Assembly: GCA_016840425.1 (NCBI GenBank)
Contig: JAEOSI010000164.1
Span: 1 to 5,339 of the forward strand
Origin: Candidatus Wukongarchaeum yapensis
GTDB lineage: Archaea; Asgardarchaeota; Wukongarchaeia; Wukongarchaeales; Wukongarchaeaceae
Direction: 5' to 3'
DNA length: 5,339 nucleotides
Positions within the stretch are counted from its first letter, which is position 1. Each line of letters starts with the position of its first letter. The notes under the pieces are model-generated. The model did not search any database and was not told the DNA's origin. It was given only the letters and a program-made list of their open reading frames with translations. The position numbers were made by a program, and so were the translations under genes. Below are positions 1-4,984 of this stretch, piece by piece.

Positions 1-102
1 AAAAACGTGAAAACCCAGAAAATAATAATAGCTTTAAATATAGACGACAAGGCAAAACAACTATGCGAAAAACTAGGAATAGAAACCATAACACAAGAAT
101 GA
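1..102 (+). CDS. 3' end of a CDS truncated by the window edge; the tail resembles C-termini of archaeal PD-(D/E)XK-fold / DUF3782-like proteins
   Basis: Seen: frame +1 is open from base 1 to TGA at 100-102 (KNVKTQKIIIALNIDDKAKQLCEKLGIETITQE*). The pattern hydrophobic strand + 'IDDKAKQLCEKLGIE' (helix, then 'LGI') recalls, from memory, the C-terminal alpha/beta unit of restriction-endonuclease-like archaeal proteins. Product call is tentative; only 33 residues are visible. Confidence 0.6.
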   Translation, partial: KNVKTQKIIIALNIDDKAKQLCEKLGIETITQE

Positions 103-151
103 AAAGCTTCATAAACTTAACCCAAAACCATCATCATCCCTTGTAAAACTC

Positions 152-263
152 ATTTTTCTCTTCAAGTTCTGCTTTTTAAGGCTATAATTTTTAACATCCA
201 CTAACTTCCATATAAAAGCCCTATCGCCCCTTACTATGAATTCTATGGGTTCTTCGGGCGAAT
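152..263 (-). pseudogene. Frameshifted relic of the 3' end (last ~33 codons, stop and a few downstream bases) of the split-barrel flavin-binding gene
   Basis: Seen: aligns to 1328-1441 at 97/114 columns (15 substitutions, one 2-bp deletion at the T-run 188-192, where TTTCTTT becomes TTTTT). Translates SPEEPIEFIVRGDRAFIWKLVDVK versus SPEDPVESIVREDRTFIWKLVDVK in the intact gene. The ancestral TGA is retained at 162-164. Homology stops abruptly beyond 263. Confidence 0.9.
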
Positions 264-445
264 ACATCCTTACACCAACTAAAGGTAACCCCGCCCCTCA
301 TAACCTAAACTTTTGATCAAAACTCTAAAAAATAGGCATAAAAACTCTTTCAAGTTACTATTAGAACAAAATTATGAAAAAACAAATTATGTTAACTTAT
401 CAAAAATGCTTAATCAAAGGGGAAAGCGGAAATAACGACGGAGAT

Positions 446-459
446 ACGGCTAGAACGAA
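446..459 (+). promoter_or_regulatory. Possible archaeal promoter (BRE + TATA-like) for ORF 492-803
   Basis: Seen: CGAAAC (446-451) directly followed by TTTTTAAT (452-459), about 32 nt before the ATG at 492. This fits BRE-TATA spacing for a short leader, but the AT-rich background lowers specificity. Confidence 0.4.
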
Positions 460-491
460 ACTTTTTAATTTATTGGAAACGTTAATTATTT

Positions 492-803
492 ATGTCATTA
501 GCAAATAATGTTATTTTTTACGTTATAGCCCTCATCGGCGGACTAACGATCCGTATCTTCCGAACCGGGGGACTAAAACCACCTTGGGTAGATGAGGATA
601 AAGTCATTCATCTAGGATTTTTGGACATTTTTCTTTACTCTTTAGCCGCTATGTTCTTCTTCTTTCTAGAATACGGAACAGATGCAGATATAGAAGCTGA
701 AACCATGTTCGCTTCATACGCCCTAGGCTTGCTCGGTAAAGGCGTAATTGAGCTCATCGAGACAACAGCAAGAGCAAGAGGTCTCATCGTCAAGATCGCG
801 TAA
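492..803 (+). CDS. Small membrane protein (103 aa, ~3 hydrophobic segments), possibly DUF4257-like
   Basis: Seen: hydrophobic segments at about residues 7-22, 39-59 and 72-87; visibly more GC-rich than its flanks; promoter-like motif upstream. The motif order GGL...G.L..P...IHLGFL...AA...ALG..G..VIE resembles DUF4257-type proteins as I recall them (not verified). Confidence 0.7.
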   Translation: MSLANNVIFYVIALIGGLTIRIFRTGGLKPPWVDEDKVIHLGFLDIFLYSLAAMFFFFLEYGTDADIEAETMFASYALGLLGKGVIELIETTARARGLIVKIA

Positions 804-1086
804 CTTTTGATAAACAGTAATCTAGATACAAAGATTCATCAAAACTTATCAACAAAGATTTCCAGCCATTAGAAGAAAGCAAAAGCCCGAATCTTTGTAA
901 GTCTAAATGTTATCTATATGGTGCTTTTCATCAATTTTGAAAACAATATTAAAGCAACAAACAAAAGAAAACTAAAAAATCTAAAAATCTAAAATAAATC
1001 TTTACAAACTAAAAACCAAGAAAAAGACTAGGATAATGTTAAAACCTTAAAATAGATTTCAAAAAAGATATAAAGAACCCCTTGTT

Positions 1087-1305
1087 ATGAAGCATATGGA
1101 TTGGTATGACTTGTTAGGAGTCCTTCTCATTTTCATCGCATTTATTCTTGCCCGGATTAGCTTAGGAGAGCTCGAAAAGCCACATCCTAAGCCAGAATAT
1201 TCTCCTTTTGATTTCCGCCAAATACAGGATGTTAAACTTTTTTCTCTTGCATTTATACTACTCTTTATTGGAATATTATTATTTTTTGTTGATCCTGAAA
1301 CATGA
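1087..1305 (+). CDS. Hypothetical small membrane protein (72 aa, two TM helices flanking a polar Pro-rich loop)
   Basis: Seen: hydrophobic segments LLGVLLIFIAFILARI and LFSLAFILLFIGILLFFV separated by ELEKPHPKPEYSPFDFRQIQD. A T-tract follows the stop (1307-1311). It converges on the split-barrel gene with a 32-bp gap. The start could be Met4 (1096). Confidence 0.65.
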   Translation: MKHMDWYDLLGVLLIFIAFILARISLGELEKPHPKPEYSPFDFRQIQDVKLFSLAFILLFIGILLFFVDPET

Positions 1306-1333
1306 CTTTTTGTTCTATTGTCTCAGAATTTTT
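1306..1333 (+). terminator. Possible archaeal oligo-U terminator of ORF 1087-1305
   Basis: Seen: T5 runs at 1307-1311 and 1329-1333 right after the stop. Oligo-U termination is established in archaea; assigning these runs is inference. Confidence 0.35.
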
Positions 1334-1441
1334 GTCTTCAAGTTCCGCTTTTTAAGGCTATAATTTCTTTAACATCCACAAGTTTCCAAATAAAGGTTCT
1401 ATCTTCCCTTACTATGGATTCTACGGGGTCTTCAGGCGAAT
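1328..1441 (-). repeat. Intact-gene copy of the ~114-bp imperfect direct repeat (partner at 152-263)
   Basis: Seen: TCTTCAAGTTCCGCTTTTTAAGGCTATAATTT (from 1335) versus TCTTCAAGTTCTGCTTTTTAAGGCTATAATTT (from 159), continuing colinearly to 1441/263. Confidence 0.9.
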
Positions 1442-1823
1442 GACCGAGGGCAGCCAGAACATTTTTTGAAAGATTTTTATCCTTGATTAGGCGAACAAAC
1501 TTTTCCCGGATGACCTTCTTCTCATTTTCGTCTTCAACTTTCACGAGGCGTCCTAATAGGGTCATAAAGTTATAAGTCGAGAGGTCAGGGCTGTATTTTT
1601 CTACTTCTACACAAACATGGGGATCTTGTTGGAAGTATCGAACTTTTTTGCCGTACTTTGTTGATAAGAAATACATGAAATGTCCGTCAAAAACATATAA
1701 AAAAGGCGCAACATAGGGATGTTTTTCGCCTTTAAAGGCAATTCTGCTCATGTATCCTTCAGCGATTAATTGGTCGTATTCTATTTTCTTCATGCTCGGA
1801 ATCTTTACTACAGTCATAAGCAT
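1338..1823 (-). CDS. Pyridoxamine 5'-phosphate oxidase-like / flavin-nucleotide-binding split-barrel protein
   Basis: 161 aa with family-typical order: SRIAF strand, PYVAPFLYVFDG, YFLSTKYGKK (phosphate-binding GxK), PHVCVEV, then LLGRLVKVED. SD-like GGGGGAG at 1833-1827; the start may be Met3 (1817). Confidence 0.85.
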   Translation of the reverse strand: MLMTVVKIPSMKKIEYDQLIAEGYMSRIAFKGEKHPYVAPFLYVFDGHFMYFLSTKYGKKVRYFQQDPHVCVEVEKYSPDLSTYNFMTLLGRLVKVEDENEKKVIREKFVRLIKDKNLSKNVLAALGHSPEDPVESIVREDRTFIWKLVDVKEIIALKSGT

Positions 1824-1845
1824 CTTCTCCCCCTGTAAACTTCAG

Positions 1846-1863
1846 TATTAATAAATTTTCGCG
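1846..1863 (-). promoter_or_regulatory. Internal BRE-TATA promoter upstream of the split-barrel gene
   Basis: Seen on the minus strand: CGCGAAAA (1863-1856) then TTTATTAATA (1855-1846), a close match to the archaeal BRE + TTTAWA box. The TATA centre lies ~29 nt before the ATG at 1823. Confidence 0.55.
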
Positions 1864-2913
1864 TTAAACGCTTCCAAATTCTATAACTGTTTTTATTCCC
1901 CCTTTCTCAAAGGCTTTTTTGAAATCTTCTATTTTTACTCTTGTTATCATTTTTTTCAAAACATCATCCATATTTCTCTTTTTAATTTCAAGAATATGGC
2001 TTATTCCCATTTCAAAATATTTCTTATTTGCGTTTACAGAACCAAAGATGAGCCTGTTTTTTAGAACAAGTTCTGTGAATACTTTTCCTATATCTTTGCA
2101 TACTTCCGCTTCTCTATAGATTCCGAGCAAACATAGCGTGGAGTTTGCGTTCATCATGTCCATACTTTTAAGGGCTACACGAGCGCTGCCTGTAGCTTCA
2201 ATTATTAAATCAAAACCCTGCTCTACTTTCTCCATTTCTGAGGAAGGTATATATTCTGCTCCAAGCTCTTCAACAAGCCTTGCTTTAAAGCTTGTTTTCT
2301 CGCTCCTACTGATTACATACACGTTCAAACCTTTTAATCTAAGCAAAGCTGTAGCAAGCAGTCCTATCGTGCCAGCACCAAAAACTAAAGCTTTTTCAGG
2401 ATTCCAAAGCATTCTCTCCTGAATATTATAAGATTGATATACCGCCTTTTCCACAATACTCATCGGTTCTAACAAAACCCCTATATCCCTCATTTCTTCA
2501 GGAATTTTAACCACATAATCATAATCAGAAACGGCGTATTCGGAAGCAAAACCATGAAGTCTATAGATACCATGCTCAAAGTATGTTCCTGTAAGACACA
2601 TATCGCTTTCACCAGAACGACAGTTTAAACAGTTTACTTCACACCCTCTCCTAACTGTGGGCACGACTAAATCGTCTTTTGAGAACTCTCCATTGCCTTC
2701 CTCAACCCTTCCAATAGACTCATGGCCTAATATTAGATAATTGCTTCCCGGCGGTGGTGTGCCGTAAAGACCTTCGTTTATTTCCCTATCAGTCCCATCT
2801 ATACCTACTTCTAATATTTTCAACAGTATTTCATTTTCCTCGGGTAGTGGTTTTGTAACATCAATAATCCTTGCAGAGTTTTTCTTTCCAGGATCCACAA
2901 CTAAAGCTTTCAT
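1864..2913 (-). CDS. gdh: Glucose 1-dehydrogenase, Zn-dependent medium-chain dehydrogenase (archaeal Gdh type)
   Basis: 349 aa: GIDGTDREI, LILGHES (GHE motif), VVPTVRRGC..., four-Cys cluster CEVNCLNCRSGESDMC, HGF, LLEP, Rossmann GAGTIG, N(R)LIFGSVNA and C-terminal IKTVIEF. These are hallmarks of archaeal glucose dehydrogenases. Its ATG overlaps the GH15 TGA. Confidence 0.9.
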   Translation of the reverse strand: MKALVVDPGKKNSARIIDVTKPLPEENEILLKILEVGIDGTDREINEGLYGTPPPGSNYLILGHESIGRVEEGNGEFSKDDLVVPTVRRGCEVNCLNCRSGESDMCLTGTYFEHGIYRLHGFASEYAVSDYDYVVKIPEEMRDIGVLLEPMSIVEKAVYQSYNIQERMLWNPEKALVFGAGTIGLLATALLRLKGLNVYVISRSEKTSFKARLVEELGAEYIPSSEMEKVEQGFDLIIEATGSARVALKSMDMMNANSTLCLLGIYREAEVCKDIGKVFTELVLKNRLIFGSVNANKKYFEMGISHILEIKKRNMDDVLKKMITRVKIEDFKKAFEKGGIKTVIEFGSV

Positions 2914-4721
2914 TTATTCTCAAGCTCCTTTAAAGCAATAACGAACATTGCATGAGACCAACCAAGGGGAAAAGCGGAAACAAAATCACCTGTATTCTTA
3001 TCTAATTGCTCAGGCATTAAGCCAAGTTCAGGAGTTTTATCTATAACGAAATTAATCAGATTAGAAGCTTTATCTCTCTCGCCTAGTCTTGCATAATAAA
3101 TAGCTAACCAAAGGGTTGTAAGTATCCAAGGGTTACCACCATAATAAACGTCAGTAGGATATCTTCCTATACCGCCTATTTTGTAGTTGAACACTTTTTC
3201 AATCTGCTCTGCTGTACTCTTCATTTTTTCATCATCAGTTCTTAGTATTTCAAAAGGAAAATCAAGCCCAAGAAGACTAATATCTATGGTATCATCGTAA
3301 GGCATATAGGATTTTAAAAACCGCTTTTTCTCTTCACTCCACGACCGGTTTAATATCGCGTTCCTAATGTTTTCTGATGCTTCTTTACACTCCTTCGATA
3401 GTTCGTAGTCTCCAAGAATATCAAGCATTTTAGCGCTTTCTCTGAGCCCTGCACAAACAGCAGCGTTAGTATAAGTGTTTGAAGCATATCTTTCCTCCCA
3501 AAGATCCAAACTCTTCACAAGCGAATCTTCTAAAATACCATCAATAAGATGTCTTGCAGCCCTTTTAATAGACTCCCGCATTTCCAAAAGAAAATCTTCA
3601 TCTTGGGTAAACTCGTAATGCCTTGAGGTACCCCAAAGGATAATCCCTCCTTGATCACACTGCATACCCCAAGTTGGCCCAGGATAACGAGCTTCTATAT
3701 AATATCTCTGATACCAACTTCCATCATCCTCCTGAGCTCTCTTACACCAGAGGTAAAAAGATCTTGTCTCATGATGAAAACCATACAAATCAAAAGCATA
3801 AGCCATATAAGCAGCATCTCTTGGCCAGCAATAACGGTAATCAGGCTCCAAGCAAGGCGCTGCTATAAAACCTCCCTCTGTACTACAATGAATAGCTTTC
3901 AATAAAAACAATGATCGCTTAACAAGAGCACTAACTCTTGAGTTGTTAAGGAATTCTAGATTTGCAGTAGATATCCACTTTTCATGTTTTTCAGAAGTTT
4001 TTTCAAACAATGAATTGTTTCTTGCGAAATCTAAAAACTCAATAGCCTCTTTTTTATCAATTCCAAAACATAAGTAAACATCTAATTCTTTCTCTTTGTG
4101 AGACTCCAAGTTTACATCCCAAGAAAGACAAGAGTTAACCCCTCTAATGCCAAGATATAAGGAAAGAGAATTATTTTGTAAAACGCCATCGGAAACATCC
4201 GAAAAAGCATCACTTCCTTCACCATGAACACCACACTGGTAACCAGAGGTTTTTTCACTACCACCATATGCAAGATAATAGTTCCTCTTATACGTTATAA
4301 TCGCATCGTTCTTCTTATCAAAATAAGCAGCATCACCGATTGGATTCTCTATCAAATGCGTATCCGTATAATGGAAAAACCTCAAAAAACGATCTCTTTC
4401 GCTCTTAAAACTAAAACTTCTAGCAAGGATATCCTTTGCGGGAAAAACGAAATCAATGGCTCTAATCTCCAAATCGCCATTTCTAAAAACTGTTTCGAGA
4501 ATATTCGTATCATCCAAATATCTTTGTTTCCGCTCCCAAGGGGGATCTGTAAGCCAGGAAAAAACATGATCATGATATATTCCAGGTAAAGAACCATGCA
4601 TATGCTGTGGATAATCTATAGTTGGCCAAAAAAGATATCTTAACTCACCATTCTTACCAATAGTTCCAAGCATCATACAATTACCAATAACACCTTGCTC
4701 AAAAACCATTCCAATCACCAT
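2910..4721 (-). CDS. Glycoside hydrolase family 15 (glucoamylase/trehalase-type), cytoplasmic
   Basis: 603 aa: N-terminal IGNCMMLGTIGKNGELRYLFWP domain, YRYCWPRDAAY, DLWEER (general-acid region), GIGRYPTDVYYGGNPW, LMPEQ (general-base region) and AFPLGWSHAMF. No signal peptide. The true start may be 4709. Confidence 0.93.
   Translation of the reverse strand: MVIGMVFEQGVIGNCMMLGTIGKNGELRYLFWPTIDYPQHMHGSLPGIYHDHVFSWLTDPPWERKQRYLDDTNILETVFRNGDLEIRAIDFVFPAKDILARSFSFKSERDRFLRFFHYTDTHLIENPIGDAAYFDKKNDAIITYKRNYYLAYGGSEKTSGYQCGVHGEGSDAFSDVSDGVLQNNSLSLYLGIRGVNSCLSWDVNLESHKEKELDVYLCFGIDKKEAIEFLDFARNNSLFEKTSEKHEKWISTANLEFLNNSRVSALVKRSLFLLKAIHCSTEGGFIAAPCLEPDYRYCWPRDAAYMAYAFDLYGFHHETRSFYLWCKRAQEDDGSWYQRYYIEARYPGPTWGMQCDQGGIILWGTSRHYEFTQDEDFLLEMRESIKRAARHLIDGILEDSLVKSLDLWEERYASNTYTNAAVCAGLRESAKMLDILGDYELSKECKEASENIRNAILNRSWSEEKKRFLKSYMPYDDTIDISLLGLDFPFEILRTDDEKMKSTAEQIEKVFNYKIGGIGRYPTDVYYGGNPWILTTLWLAIYYARLGERDKASNLINFVIDKTPELGLMPEQLDKNTGDFVSAFPLGWSHAMFVIALKELENK
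4715..4719 (-). promoter_or_regulatory. Shine-Dalgarno GGTGA favouring ATG 4709 as the GH15 start
   Basis: Seen: ATG GTG ATT GGA ATG contains GGTGA 5 nt before the second ATG (4709-4707). A weaker AGGATGA precedes ATG 4721. Confidence 0.55.
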
Positions 4722-4760
4722 AAATTCATCCTTTTCAAATCTTGAAAAACGATCAGAAAG

Positions 4761-4774
4761 CGATTATTTAATCG
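4761..4774. promoter_or_regulatory. Inverted repeat CGATTA-N2-TAATCG upstream of GH15; candidate operator
   Basis: Seen: perfect 6-bp arms with a TT spacer. It contains TATA-like ATTAAATA on the minus strand (4772-4765). A third half-site, TAATCG, is at 4834-4839. Confidence 0.35.
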
Positions 4775-4908
4775 TAATTACAAAAAATAACAAATAGGTA
4801 ACTTATAAATCAAGGATTGCTATCTTTTTTTAGTAATCGAAACTCCTTCCAACATTAAATAAGCTTACTAAACACTAGATAAGGATAATAATTAAAAATA
4901 AATAAACT

Positions 4909-4944
4909 AAAATAAAAAAAACAAGAGGTAGATTAAAACCTCTT
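4909..4944 (-). terminator. Hairpin + U-tract terminator downstream of the surface-protein gene
   Basis: Seen: AAGAGGT (4923-4929) pairs with ACCTCTT (4938-4944), a 7-bp stem with an 8-nt loop. On the minus strand it is followed by GTTTTTTTATTTT and further U-rich sequence, ~40 nt after the stop at 4985. Confidence 0.7.
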
Positions 4945-4984
4945 ATCTTTCATCCATCTTTTTCAGGTTCTTCATTTTTCTGGA

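Noticed and set aside
311-322. 12-bp palindrome TTTTGATCAAAA and recurring TTTTGAT/ATCAAAA words in the islet
   Set aside because: The same word also occurs inside the gdh and GH15 coding sequences (e.g. 2209, 3789, 4317), so it is compatible with AT-rich background.
798-915. attC-like integron site after ORF 492-803 (GCGTAAC ... GTTATCT around a bulged stem)
   Set aside because: Neither end fits RYYYAAC/GTTRRRY well. Stem-to-box spacing is very asymmetric (18 versus 3 nt). There is no matching site after ORF 1087-1305 and no integron integrase in the window.
972-999. A-run ladder CTA6T-CTA5T-CTA4T-A3T
   Set aside because: Low-complexity slippage in an A-rich spacer; no regular repeat-spacer structure, so not a CRISPR array or iteron set.
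264-1327. Calling the islet an IS, MITE or provirus
   Set aside because: No transposase, integrase, terminal inverted repeats at the boundaries, short target-site duplication or virion genes are visible. It is kept only as a hypothesis in the findings.
1919-2422. Plus-strand ORFs 1919-2119 and 2138-2422
   Set aside because: Antisense shadows inside the motif-rich gdh gene; Ser/Phe-rich with no recognisable domain.
3651-4597. ORFs 3651-3905, 3674-3868, 4224-4589 (+) and 4382-4597 (-)
   Set aside because: All lie within GH15, antisense or out of frame, with no motifs or independent expression signals. The GH15 frame is uninterrupted, so no frameshift needs explaining.
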